A DNA stretch of 64,000 nucleotides from Blepharisma stoltei ATCC 30299 (GCA_965603825.1 CBFDEM010000013.1:124001-188000); one strand, 5' to 3'. Counted from the first letter of the stretch, positions 12,501-24,268 are shown. Notes: generated from the sequence alone by a model not told the origin. Program-made: numbers and translations.

Positions 12501-13870
12501 TTCTATTATAAGTTATATTTTATAATTAAGCCATTTAAAATTAAGATAATGACATTATTTAAATGAAATTAAAACTTAAGAATAGCCGTTATGGCTATAC
12601 CGTGATTATCACGTGAATAGGCTATTTCTACTTATTTTGATATTTAATATAGCGATATGCATCTTAAATTGTAATATACACGCGTCTCAAGTTTAAATTT
12701 GGACTGCTAGAAGACTCATTAAATCAAAATTTTGAGTATCCATAGGCTGTTCAATGAGATCTTATTTCTAAAGTACATTTCTAAGCAAGTTTCACCGATA
12801 TAGTGAGTTTGGAATCCATTTTAGAGCAAAAAGATTCAAATTCTAGTCAACCCTTTTGAGGATATAGAGAATTTTTTTTCTGTTTTTTCGGCAAACTCTT
12901 TACTTAGGATCTTGGGATAATTTGTCTTGAATTATAGACTATTAAAGTTAACTAACATTTCTAAGTAGTTTCTTGGATAGGATTCTGAAATAAACTCAAA
13001 GATCTTTTGAAAATAATTTAAATTTGTCTCGAATATCTTTTCAATAAAATTGCCTTAAAATAATCAAATCATTCAATCCTTGTTCCACCTTGTTCAACCA
13101 TATTTTATTATTAAAAGAAAAAAATTGTACTTTAAAGTCGCGATTTTAGCGCAATTATCTAAATTTTATAATTTTAACAAATAAATTAAGAATTAAAATA
13201 AAAAATGTCTCAATCAGCATATAAAAGAAAATAATTTATAAACAAAAACAATCGGCTTTAGTCAAAAGTAGAAAAAGAGATAAAATTATTGAGAATTTCT
13301 AAATGCAAAATATATTTATCTCAAATAGAACAAGAGCAAAGCATTGATAGGAAATTTATTATAAATTGCTTGATAATTTTAGTCTGAAAAGTTAAAGCAG
13401 GGAATCTTGAACTTGAGGAGGAAGCTAATAGCTAGAATAAGGAGACTGCAGAGGATAAGACTCAGATTAAGGTTGATTCTAGCAGGAATTAGTAAAAGAA
13501 GGCAATAGTGAATGCTTTGAAGGAAATAATCAAATCTTGCATGTTATCTTCTCTGCACAGCAGCTTATTTCGATAAGATATATCAAAAAATCTTGAAAGT
13601 TTAACACTAACACTCAATGTACAGAAAAATCTTATTTAAAAATAGATTTTGATTTAAAATTTAAGTTTATTTACATTTTTTGCAGTAAAAGAAAATTATT
13701 GATATAAGCATATTACATTCATTAATTAATATATAGAAACTAAAATATGAAATTATTCACTAACTGAAACTAATTGCTTATAAAAAACATTATTATTGCT
13801 GTCATGAGATGCATATAAGTTGAGAAGGACAAGAAGATAATAAACAATGTATTATAATTTGCATTATAAT

Positions 13871-14848
13871 TTATTTTGAGGGAGGAGGAGGGGGATAGAA
13901 CTGACCTGGTGGAGGTGGCTGATAGTTAGACGGAGGAGGCTGTTGATATGGCTGCTGAGGATAAGGTCCTTGTTGAGGCTGATTTTGAGGGTAACTCGCT
14001 GGAGGAGGTATCTGCTGATATTGCTGAGGGGGATATTGAGGCTGCTGATATTGGGGAGGCTGAGATTGAGGTGGTGGCTGAAATTGTGAAGCTTGATTTT
14101 GAGGTATCTGCTGATATTGAGGAGCCTGCTGATATTGAGGAGCTTGCTGATATTGAGGCTGCTGGAATTGAGGTGGTTGCTGATATTGAGGCGCTTGCTG
14201 ATACTGCCCTTGTTGATAATTAGGAGGATATTGAGGAGGTGGCTGCACCGGATACACCTGTGCAGGAGGTTGCGCATTTGGAGCTCCCGGAAAATAATAA
14301 TTAACCCCCTGCTGAGAACCAGGTCCAGCCTGTTGTGGCTGCTGTACAAAAATCGTGCTCGGGTCATTCGGATCGACATATGCTACATTTCTCAGCTGCC
14401 CTGCCGCCACACACTGAATAAATCTCGGATCAGGTCCTGAATGCCCCTGACTTCTTCTTTTTCTGATCTGATCCACAGTGCTATAAAATAATGGCAAAAA
14501 AGTTCCAGTCCCTCCCGACATAAACCAAAATTTAAATTCTGCAGGACAAGGAATCAGCCCATACAAAGGCTCGACCTTCCCATTTATATAATTTGCCCCA
14601 AATATAGGCTGTTTGAACTTTTCATGGCTCATAAGGGCCAGCGGCACATCAAAACTTTGCATGTTTCCACCTTTTCTATTCACAAATACAAGTCTGGCTG
14701 TGGTCAGGTATAAATCGCCTTTTCCTTTATATTTGTTTCCATTATCAAGTGTTATTTCTGCGTCAATATCTGAGCGGGAAAGGACCATGTATTCTCCATT
14801 GACAGGAGCTGGGAGACTATTTGACAATACAGGAGGATTAAGTGCCAT
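13871..14848 (-). CDS. WBP2: WW domain-binding protein 2-like (GRAM/PH-like domain plus P/Q/Y-rich tail)
   Basis: GDLYLTTARLVF, FKQPIFGANYING, AYVDPNDPSTIF; PPxY and YQQAPQ repeats. Confidence 0.88.
   Translation of the reverse strand: MALNPPVLSNSLPAPVNGEYMVLSRSDIDAEITLDNGNKYKGKGDLYLTTARLVFVNRKGGNMQSFDVPLALMSHEKFKQPIFGANYINGKVEPLYGLIPCPAEFKFWFMSGGTGTFLPLFYSTVDQIRKRRSQGHSGPDPRFIQCVAAGQLRNVAYVDPNDPSTIFVQQPQQAGPGSQQGVNYYFPGAPNAQPPAQVYPVQPPPQYPPNYQQGQYQQAPQYQQPPQFQQPQYQQAPQYQQAPQYQQIPQNQASQFQPPPQSQPPQYQQPQYPPQQYQQIPPPASYPQNQPQQGPYPQQPYQQPPPSNYQPPPPGQFYPPPPPSK
13920..14240 (-). repeat. Coding tandem repeats (PQYQQ units)
   Basis: Repeated GCTGATATTGAGG units on the + strand. Confidence 0.85.
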
Positions 14849-14859
14849 TTTTTTAGTAA

Positions 14860-15555
14860 TTAGTAGAGATTAGGGTCGTTTATTAAGGCTCGTAAGCGCA
14901 TAATTTTCTCACCTAGGTTTAAGGCAGGGTCGACTTGTTTGCTGTGATCGATTTTGGAGAGTTTTGGGGAATATTGGGAGATATTGGAGGCTGGGTCTTT
15001 GGTTATGGAAAGAGGACGTGGCTTTTGGAGAGGTTTGAGAAGGGTATGGACTCGTTTGGGGGATAAAGAAGCAGAAATCATAGGGGAGGAGGTATAGAGA
15101 ACTATTGCTGACCGTGGCGTTATTTGAATTTTATTAGGACTGTAAAGCCTTTCTGCACGGGCTGGCCTATATGCTTCTTTTAAATAATCTTTATGCTTAA
15201 GGATTGGGACGTCCTTAATAGGTTTTTTAAATGTACTGGACAAGGACTGCTCACTTCATTCATAGGTAAATGATTTTTGGGGAGAATCTGGGCTTTTCCT
15301 AGATTTTGGTGATTGCTCGTTCAAATTTATTGATAAATTCATTGAGACATTGATAGGTTTTGGAGGCTCGCCTTGGTCTGCAAACCGAAATGCATTTGAG
15401 TATTGTTTCGACTGGCAGGTACTGAAGTTTAAAGGGTAGATCCTTCTTGATGCTTTGGCAATATGGCTGGAATTATTATAATTTAGCTGAGCTCCATTTG
15501 AATTTTGCATCAGCAATGGAAAAGTGCTTTTCTGAGTTATATTTGCAGAGCTCAT
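14860..15555 (-). CDS. Hypothetical S/P-rich protein (231 aa)
   Basis: Two same-frame ORFs joined by TGA at 15256-15258. Confidence 0.75.
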
Positions 15556-15708
15556 TTTAAGTAAATAAATATTAAAAATGTTGTATATCTCTACTGCAAA
15601 GGTAAAGCTTAATAATATTAAAAATCAAAAGAAATTTTTATTTATAAGGATTGCTTTTTAGTATGAGCATTATAGATAAATGAAGTATGTTATAACGTTA
15701 ATATTTAA

Positions 15709-17274
15709 ATGCAAACTGAAAGTCTAGGAATAACTATAATCAGAACTGAAGGCTACGCACACCCTTGCCTAGGGTGCTATATTTCAGTTAATGGAAGACT
15801 TTGTGATGTAATTACTCCTTTAACGGAAGAAAATGAAGCGAATGCAGTCATCATCCCGACGAAAGGAAATTTAAGACTAGCTGTTAATACGATGGGCAAG
15901 CCAGGAACATTTTTGGGATCAGTTAGTTGCTCTCTAGATATAGCTAAAACTCAAGGCTACTATTGATTGCCTCTTCTAGACCCAACACAAAATGATAAAA
16001 TTGACGAAATCCCTAAAGAAATCAGTAACCCAAAAATTTTAATAGCAATTAATCCCAGAACCAACGATAATACTTCAGAAAAATTATCTAAACTTGAGGA
16101 AACAAATGACACAGAAAGATGCTCAAAGTCAAAATCTGAAATCTTATTTAATGTAGGCGATCAAAGCACCATAAAAATAGTTGACCAAGATACCGATATG
16201 GATAGTGACTATAATATCGAAATTGAAAAAATTTCGAAAAATTCTGAAAATTTATTCGGATCATCTGAAATTGAGAGGTATAAACTGCTGGCAAGACGGT
16301 ATTTTGAGCTAAAATCTGAATTAAAATCAACTTTTATTAAACTAGAAAAATCTCAAGAAAAGCAGGCAGAGCTTGAAAAAGAACTAAATTTAAAAAAAGA
16401 AAACGAATCAATTTTAACAGCCCAAATACAAGAAAAAGACAGCAGCATTTCTGCGTTAAAATCTACAATCAGCAACTTAAAAATTTGCAATCTAAGCCTA
16501 GAAAATGACCAAAAAAAGCTGCAAGATAAATTAAATAAGCACCAAAATTCAAGGGCTTTAGAAATTGAAAGCCTAAGAAGCGAAAACGAAAATCTCAAAA
16601 AAAAACTTAACCAATTTGAAACACGGACAGATAAGTTACAAAATGTTATTCATAACTTAAGTGCTGATATGAGCTTTAATGACTCAAAAATAAATGATGA
16701 AAATGTGTTTAAAGACGATTTCAAAGAAAATAAAGGCAAAAATACATCAAAAAACAAAGAAAAATGCTCAAGCCTCGACCACAGTGTGCTAAGTGATATT
16801 GATATTTCTTTAAATAACATTGTGAAAAAGCATAAATTAGAGTCAAGTTTCATTAAAAAGCAAGATCACGTTTATTCTTATGAAAATAAATCAGTTTATA
16901 TCCTCCTTAGAAATGGATCATTATTTTTTAAAAGTGATAATGGCTACAAGCCGATTGTAGATCTTTTTGCGAAGCCTGGAAACCCAAGATCATTGAGCAA
17001 GGGTCAGTCAACTCCGAAAATTCAGTTAGTTACAAATAGTCCATCAAATAAACGTCATAGAAGGTTTGGGTCATCAAATATTATACTGGAGAAGACCAAA
17101 GGATTTGATTTTGATAGAACTATTGAAACCCAGAGACATCAGTCTTCAGAAAGATGCCTTTTAGGTCATGGAAATGAAAAGGGATCGAAAACTCCAAGAT
17201 CGGTTGCACCTTTAACTGATAGGACAAATAGATTCAAAAATGGAAAAGCTATGCATAAGGCCCCGTTTAAATAA
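15709..17274 (+). CDS. Coiled-coil protein, possible degenerate GAS2/GAR-like C-terminal domain (521 aa)
   Basis: Adjacent same-frame ORFs joined by TGA at 15964-15966; heptad region; VYSYENKSVYILLRNGSLFFKSDNGY loosely GAR-like. Confidence 0.75.
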
Positions 17275-17326
17275 AATGCTTATAAATAGTCAGTCTAATT
17301 GAAATTATAAGTTAATCATTTAAGAT

Positions 17327-18346
17327 TTAGGCTTGGTTTTCGTACTCAGCCAAGGTATCTTGTACTCTGCCATTATTTTTGATTAAGGTCACTAGGACTT
17401 CTGATTCAGGAATGAACCTACCAGCCACTTGCCTGCAGCTTACAACAAGTCTGCCAAAGTGAAAAGGAATTTTATTTTCTATGCATTTTCTTCTTAGCTT
17501 ACTGAAATCATTGACGACCCTTTCCTTGTCGCTAACACTAATGCAAATGTCTCTGGGTTGCTCAATTTCATCTGAAAACGTCAAGTTTTCTTCCAACAGT
17601 GATGATATCCCTGATTTTACAGTTTTCGCAGATTTTCCTGACTCAAACAATGACCTTGGTGTATATTTTAACTTATTCTCACTGCTCACCGTTAGTCTTG
17701 CTTGCTCAAGCTGTGGAGATTTGCTTGGTGAGCTTCTTAGCACTCTTTTGGCTGGCGTTATCTCAGGTATATCGCTCTCTTCAGGGATATTTTCTTTTTT
17801 CTCAAAACTTCTCGTTCTCCTCTGAGGTAACGACACAACGTTTACTTTGGGTTTTGGCTGAGATAGCTTTTGAGCCAGCTGAGACCAATGGAATTTCAAG
17901 CTTTCTGAGGAATGGTCTATCCCCAAGCCACTTTTCAAGGCCAGATCCCAGTAACTTCTGCTTTTGGACTTGCCAGGATGCTTTTCGACGTACTCAGTCA
18001 TCAATTTGTCCTCTTCGGGGGAATATTGTTTGCGATTTCCCACCTTGGCGGCTGGGATAGGCTTGGAATGCGCAATTTGGATTTCATAGTCTTTCGTTTC
18101 TTGAAGCTCGCCAAGAGTGACTGAATCTTTAACGATCTTGAATGAATAGACAGGGTGGTCTTTGGCATTTTCTGCTGGAATCCTGAAATTGACGTCAAAT
18201 GGGACCAATTCGATTGAGTCTGATTCGAACTTCCTCGTCATTGTGCCGCCGTATTTCTCCACGAGCTTTCTGATCTCTTCTTTCTCTTTGCAGTTCTGCA
18301 TGAAAAACTTCATTTTGTTCTTCCCGCTCGCAAAAATCTTAACCAT
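17327..18346 (-). CDS. Rap1/TERF2IP-like protein: BRCT + Myb + RCT-like C-terminus (339 aa)
   Basis: BRCT (MKFFM..IRKLVEKYGG..YSFKIVKDSV..DYEI), Rap1-type Myb (RKQYSPEEDKLMTEYV..YW..HSSESLKFHW), C-terminal VLVTLIKNNGRVQDTLAEY. Confidence 0.75.
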   Translation of the reverse strand: MVKIFASGKNKMKFFMQNCKEKEEIRKLVEKYGGTMTRKFESDSIELVPFDVNFRIPAENAKDHPVYSFKIVKDSVTLGELQETKDYEIQIAHSKPIPAAKVGNRKQYSPEEDKLMTEYVEKHPGKSKSRSYWDLALKSGLGIDHSSESLKFHWSQLAQKLSQPKPKVNVVSLPQRRTRSFEKKENIPEESDIPEITPAKRVLRSSPSKSPQLEQARLTVSSENKLKYTPRSLFESGKSAKTVKSGISSLLEENLTFSDEIEQPRDICISVSDKERVVNDFSKLRRKCIENKIPFHFGRLVVSCRQVAGRFIPESEVLVTLIKNNGRVQDTLAEYENQA

Positions 18347-18916
18347 TTTTTATAAATCTATGGGATTTTGAAAGAAAAATAGATTAAATTGATTTGTTGA
18401 AGTTGGTAAAATAATAATTATATGTGATAATGAGTAAGTATGTTATTTATATATTATGAATTTTTAATTTATTTAATGTAAAAATAGGCCCTGCTTTCTT
18501 TTCTTAATTAAAACCATTTTTCTAATCTAATTTTTATTCTATAATTTGGATAAATTTCGCAAGCTATTTATAGCCTATTTTAGCGTGTGTAAAGTAAATA
18601 GAAGATACTTACATTAATTGCAAACTCCAAAAGCTCAAAGTAACATAAAGGATTATCTTAAAGCTAGGGACAATTGTTTTGGTGAGTTATAATAAGCCTT
18701 AAACACAATAAACTCAGCAAGAGATCTAAATGCTTCTTTTAGCCAAGATATAAACCAGAGACCTAATAATTTATTAAAGTAAGCCTGAGCTAATCTAAAA
18801 AATCAAACTAAATAAGCTAAATCAAAAACAAAATTTATTGAAAACTTCATCATTTAGCATATTGCAGCAGTATTTAAACTATTTTCATAAGTTTTAATTA
18901 CCAAAACAATGCTAAA

Positions 18917-19390
18917 ATGGGAGTAAAAGGCCTGCTTCTAGGGTTAAACAAAATTGGTTGGATCATAGCAGGAAAATGCAGCGAATGCATCAATTTAAGT
19001 GTATGAGATCGTGATTTTGCAACTTCAAAGGCACACTCAGAAACTTTTGGAACAAATCCAATACTAGCTCCCAATCCTTTCAATAATGACTGCAGTGATA
19101 TAAATATTTTCTTTTCTCTAACAAGCACTGATGTGGAATTACTTAGATTATCAGAACCTGCAATCTCCTTTAAGCCAGGAGCCATCTGGATATCTCATTC
19201 TGGCTATTCTGAAGCTAATTTTGACTATTTAAATAAAAGAGGCTTAGAATCGGTCTCCGCGATCATACCAGACGAGCCTGAAAAGATCGGATCAGACAGC
19301 TGCACAATAATGGCTCAAGGCAAGGAAAAAACCATTCTAAAAATTATTGGAATCCTTCAAATGATCGGTCAAGTCAATATTGAAAAGTAA
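18917..19390 (+). CDS. Possible short ORF or gene remnant (157 aa under UGA=Trp)
   Basis: ATG 18917 open to TAA 19390 through one TGA; no recognisable motif; upstream DNA looks like decayed coding sequence. Confidence 0.3.
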
Positions 19391-19484
19391 AGATTTTTTT
19401 AAAATAAATAATCTAACATCCTAAACCATTAAGTGGCTGTTCTCTTTCATTAATTATAAAGTAAAAGATACTAAAATTCAGAAA

Positions 19485-21011
19485 ATGGTAGATCAGATCA
19501 AGAAACAATTAATAATGATCATGATGGCTTTTATCTTATCCTGCACTGTTTTTATTATTGCGTCTGTAGAGCCTCTTGACTCTTATCAAGTGGCAAAATA
19601 CGCCAAACTCTATTCTAGCTTTACCGGAAAAAGTGAAAATAGCACCACAAGCATACTAAGTCAAATTTACCCAGAAATTAACCAGCAGCTTTATATCGGA
19701 AAATGATTTGTAAATGGCAAGCTAGATAATTTTGATAATTCCGAAGGCAGAGCACGTCTAAGTATTGGGTATGACCACAAAAAGCTTAGCTTTAAATTGA
19801 ATCTGTTTGATGGAGTGTGAGAAAGCAACACTTTGATGGTCTTTGTAGCCCAAGGGGTTAGTTTTAATGAGAATCTGCATATAGCTGCCCACGAAGGAAA
19901 TATTACTGTAAAATATCATGGAAAGAAGACATATTGTGAAGGGATGGACTATATAAAATTTGAAAAATTAGACAATCAATATCACATGAAAGGGTCAATA
20001 ATTTCTTCAATTTGTCAATTTAACATAAAATTCGATCTATATGAATGTAACCTAGAAATCCAGAAAAAACCTATCGTGACTTATAGTCTATTTGTATCAC
20101 TTCTATCAATTTTACTAATTTTTGCATTGGCGAGCCATATTCAAGAATGCAGCTTATCTGAGTCTTATGCAAGAAAAACCTCCCCTGTGATGCTAGCTAT
20201 ATTAGCTTCTTCGGAATTTGAGCAGTGCATGTGGCATTTCACCAAATCTTTTTCGTCGCATTTTACATTTGACTACTTTATGCTTGCGTCGTTCTGGAAT
20301 TTGACTGTTTTTATTATTATTCATGGAAGATTGATGGTGATTGTGTGGAAAGCTAATAATGCTCCTTATGATGAAGAGTCTTCTGATGAATTTAGAGTTA
20401 TTTTTGGAAAATATGAGACGAAATTGATAGTTATCATGTTTTTTATTGTATCATTTTCAGCCATTTCTTGGATTTTCAGGGGAGTTCTGATTATTATTTT
20501 TCAAAGCTTTTTATGACCTCAAATCTATAAAAACGCTGCAGATGGCACAAAGCAATCTATAAGCACATTTACTCTGACAATCATAATTCTGACCAAAATT
20601 CTAATTTTCATATATTTCAATGGAAACGCGTTCAATTTTCTTGTTTATGAACCGCAGCCAGTTTTATGCTGCTTATTTTGTATCCATTTATTAACTCAAT
20701 TTTTCATTATTTTACTGCAATCCACTGATTTAGGACCAGGGTTTATTTTTCCGAAGTTTCTGCTACCAAATCGTTATAGTTATTTTAGGACAATCGAAGA
20801 AGAAAAAAAAATAGTCTGTGAAGACGCTGATTGTATAATCTGTATGACGCCATTAAATTTGCCTCAGAACTGAGGCTTGGAGATCTCAAATGTGGCTCCA
20901 ACTATGCATTCTCCGTGTGGACATAGATTTCACAGAGATTGTCTCTCTAAATGAATTAAAATCAAAATGGATTGCCCTACATGCAGAGGGTTGCTGCCTG
21001 AAATTAATTAG
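19485..21011 (+). CDS. Tul1/FLY-like multi-pass transmembrane RING-H2 E3 ligase (508 aa)
   Basis: Single frame through several TGA; signal anchor, multiple TM helices, SFL-W-PQIYKN, C-terminal CIICM..PCGHRFHRDCLSK-W-..CPTCR; TAG 21009-21011. Confidence 0.9.
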
Positions 21012-21289
21012 TATGCTTGAGGTTAAAGAAAATGATAAAATCTTAATTTTAATTTTTTTATTGGTTTTTCAATAGAATTAAATCTAATTTTTCTTTATAT
21101 CCGCTGCATGAATTATAATACCTCTCACGAGGCAAAAATGGCTTCACAAACGGAGATCTATGAATTCATATATAAAAATTATTTGTTTCTTCAAACATTT
21201 CTCTAATCGTGAAGGGCAGGGATAAGGTAAAATTCTAATTCTCAAATAAGACAGATTAAATTAAGAGAAAAATAGCATTAATTTTTCTG

Positions 21290-22291
21290 ATGAAGACAAT
21301 TCATAAAAAGCTGCTCTCTATTTGGTTTCACAACCCCGCTGAAAATGTTTCAAATTTCTTCAAAGGAATTGTGTCAAACACAATACAGGCTTCTCGATCT
21401 GCAGCAACCACAAGCTTTTCCTATGCCCTTCGGTGATTTCTACATAGAGTGTTTTTAATTTCTGCTTTATTCTTCAGCTTATTCATAGCAGCTGGAATTC
21501 TGTATGGCTCCGCATATTACTTTTTTATGCCTTACTCGTTCCAGAAAATCCCAATTTCACTCCATTCGTCACTACTGTAAATTAAATTCAGGGACAAAAG
21601 AGGATCAGTGATAGTAGGCCAAGAAATAATTCTGGAAAACGAAAATTACCTTGCATCAGTTCTGTTTGAGCTCCCAGAAAGTCCTGAAAACTTTGACTGC
21701 GGCAACTTTGACGTTGAAGTTTTGCTTGATGACGAAATCAAAGCAAAAGGGATCGGGATCATGAAATATTACAGTCCTGTTATCCGGATGCTTCGGAGCT
21801 TTTTGAAAGCATTTTTAATTGTGACTGGGCTGATTGATGAGAGCCAGTCTGTAAAAGTCAGCTTGCCACTTAGTATTACTGATGCAAGCAATTTTGAAAA
21901 ACTGGAAATAAAAGTCTCCCCTAAAAATTTACAGGTTTATAGTGCCTGGCTGTATTTAGAAGTCCAGCTAACAGGGGTGAGGTTTTTGGCTTTTCATTAT
22001 TTTTATACTTGCCTTATTGTTGGGACGCTATCGTTGTTTACATTTGAAATATCAGGGATAGTTTGCTATATTCTTTACTTAAAGTATGTTAAAAAGGTAT
22101 CTGGGTTTGCATTGAAGTTTATTCCTGAAGAATTTCTGTGTCCAAAAATCCAAAAAGAAACACTAGCTATAGAAGAATTTCCGACTGATTTTTCTCATAT
22201 ATTAAAGCCAGCTCCTCCTAAAAAGGAAAAACTCATAAAAAAATTGAAGCATCAATTGGTCAAACTTAAAAATGAACTAAAATTTTCATAA
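21290..22291 (+). CDS. BSCL2: Seipin (328 aa)
   Basis: Two TM segments flanking a lumenal domain with FELPESPENFDCGNF and QVYSAWL; 15-nt intron 21577-21591; one TGA. Confidence 0.85.
21577..21591 (+). other. 15-nt intron
   Basis: GTAAATTAAATTCAG; contains an in-frame TAA. Confidence 0.85.
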
Positions 22292-22387
22292 TGCATATCT
22301 AATATAGGTTTTCTTTATTTCTATTGAATTATTAGATAAATTCCTTAAGCGAGTCGTAAAAATAATTATTGTTTCATTAATAAGAAG

Positions 22388-22807
22388 TTATCTTGACATT
22401 AAAGAATCAACAGCCCTAGAAATGTCACCTTGTGAATCAATTAGCGCATCTAATATATCATCGTCTTGGTTGAATCCCATCTGTTTAATTGAATTTATTT
22501 CTGATTGATACTTCTCTTTTTGAGCTTTTCTTACTGTTCCTCCAAGTCCTCCATACATAACTGGGCATCCATGTAATAGAGGTCGGCCTGTATTTATCAT
22601 TTCCATCACTTTTCTATGAGTATCAGGATCATCAAGTCGGTGTTTGATATGCTGTAAAAGCTCAGGATCAGATGAAAGCCTTTCTCCTGACTGGGGATCT
22701 CTTAAAATTGCTGCCAGTTCTTCAATTGAAAGATTTAGCTGAGCAGGATTAGGATCGATATGTTGTGCCATGCTAAATGATATCAGAAATACCAAAATAA
22801 TATACAT
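22388..22807 (-). CDS. Small protein with hydrophobic N-terminus and ubiquilin-type UBA domain
   Basis: KYQSEINSIKQMGF..DALIDSQGDISRAVDSL; N-terminal MYIILVFLISFSMA. Confidence 0.8.
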   Translation of the reverse strand: MYIILVFLISFSMAQHIDPNPAQLNLSIEELAAILRDPQSGERLSSDPELLQHIKHRLDDPDTHRKVMEMINTGRPLLHGCPVMYGGLGGTVRKAQKEKYQSEINSIKQMGFNQDDDILDALIDSQGDISRAVDSLMSR

Positions 22808-22861
22808 TTTTCTACTATCAGGAAATAAGAAAAATTTAGGTTAATGTGTTTTATTAAGACT

Positions 22862-23470
22862 TTACGATTTTCCGAATAAGTGAGTTAGCGTCGATCGATA
22901 TGTTGGTTTGATGTATTCAGGCTCATTATTAAGGAAATATGTAAGTGTTCCCATTGCTAATCCCATTAAAAATACTTCAAAATATGGGATCCTGAATACC
23001 CATTTTCTGCTTCTCAGCATATTTCAAATAGTTTCAATAGCTCTTGGTAATAAATAAAGGGTCAGTTCGGTCTTTCTCCCAGGATTCTCAATAAGTATCG
23101 AAAGACTGGCAAGAGGTGTTATAAGAAGCCAGTTCAGTCTTGTCGTTCCTTTGAAAAGTCTATTTGTCAAACATCTTAAATAGACAGTAAGTCCTCCAAT
23201 TAAAGCCCCAAATGTGGTTGACTTGAGGATATTAATTGCCAGGTGCTTAAGCATAGGAATTGGGTCTCGTTTTAGCTGTCTAAGCTTGAAAATCAAAACA
23301 GGAAGGATATGCGCTGGTGCATAAAAAATGAAGGTAAGTTTGTACATGATCAGGACCCTTTTGATGAAATCATATTCGCAGGAGTTGTCAAAAGCTATTG
23401 AGCAAGGCACATATTCGCCGGCTCGGAATTTTTCGATCAACTCTGGGGTGTATTTTTTCACCGGATCCAT
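22862..23470 (-). CDS. TMEM135-like membrane protein (202 aa)
   Basis: FYAPAHILP, SILIENPGRKTELTLYLLPRAIE; extends through TGA at 23024 to TAA 22862. Confidence 0.8.
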
Positions 23471-23629
23471 GGATAACAATTATAAATGCAGATGGTGAAC
23501 TTACAAAAGTAAATATGGATGGACGATCCTTTTAAAGTATATCTTAGCTTAACCTACGATTAATTACTAAGCTGTTGTAAATTAATTATGGTAAATGTCA
23601 GGAAAAATCTTATATAAATCAAGTTAAGT

Positions 23630-24268
23630 TTATCGATTAAGTTTTCTTTCCACGTCTCTTTTCACAAGCTCCAAGCCTGCTTCGTCAAGCTCTTTTAATA
23701 GTGCTAAGACTGCGCAGAGGATGTTTTCGTTCCTTCCTTCTCCTTCTGGTTTAGCTCTTTTTACTCTGTTTCTGCTTTCAGAACTTGTAACAGGTCGTTT
23801 TGGCTCCTCCTTTTTAATTGGAGCCAAGTTTTGGCCATTTTGGCTTGGAGAAGGCTGCTGGTCTCCTGTAGAGTTCCTTTCTTCTGGAGTTATCGCTTGA
23901 TTATCAAGCTTTGACAAATTAGGAAGATGACTTATTATGTATTGTCTATAATTCGGATTTTCTGCACATGGATTATCCCACAGCCAAAGTACTTTCAGAT
24001 TGGGCAAGTTTTGCAGATACCTGACTTCGCTTACATCTGCAATTAAATTTTTCCTTAAATAGAGCTCTGTAAGCTTGGGGCAGTTTCTGAATTCACGGAG
24101 ACTGGCAATTTTATTTACACTTAGTGATAATACTTCGACATTTGGCATATCACGAAGGATTCGGACGTCATCAATGTCGTTTCCCCATAGATTGAGGTTT
24201 TTTACACTATCAAGACTCTCTGCTTTGCTTCTGCTGAGGACGAGTTCTTCGGTCAAAGGTTTTCCCAT
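23630..24268 (-). CDS. CFAP410: Cilia- and flagella-associated LRR protein 410 (C21orf2)
   Basis: VKNLNLWG..VEVLSLSVN..LYLRKN..LWLWDNPC; C-terminal NILCAVLALLKELD. Confidence 0.93.
   Translation of the reverse strand: MGKPLTEELVLSRSKAESLDSVKNLNLWGNDIDDVRILRDMPNVEVLSLSVNKIASLREFRNCPKLTELYLRKNLIADVSEVRYLQNLPNLKVLWLWDNPCAENPNYRQYIISHLPNLSKLDNQAITPEERNSTGDQQPSPSQNGQNLAPIKKEEPKRPVTSSESRNRVKRAKPEGEGRNENILCAVLALLKELDEAGLELVKRDVERKLNR

Larger units (their letters stand above)
10160..13550. repeat. Tandem segmental duplication, copy 2 (boundaries approximate)
   Basis: Collinear with 5900-9560, with indels. Confidence 0.85.

Noticed and set aside
13920-14240. CRISPR-like or telomeric repeat array
   Set aside because: In-frame coding repeats without spacers; eukaryotic context; no telomere repeat tracts seen in the window.
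13864-14440. Alternative-frame and antisense ORFs over the WBP2 repeats (ADIEE and LLILR repeats)
   Set aside because: By-products of the PQYQQ coding repeat.
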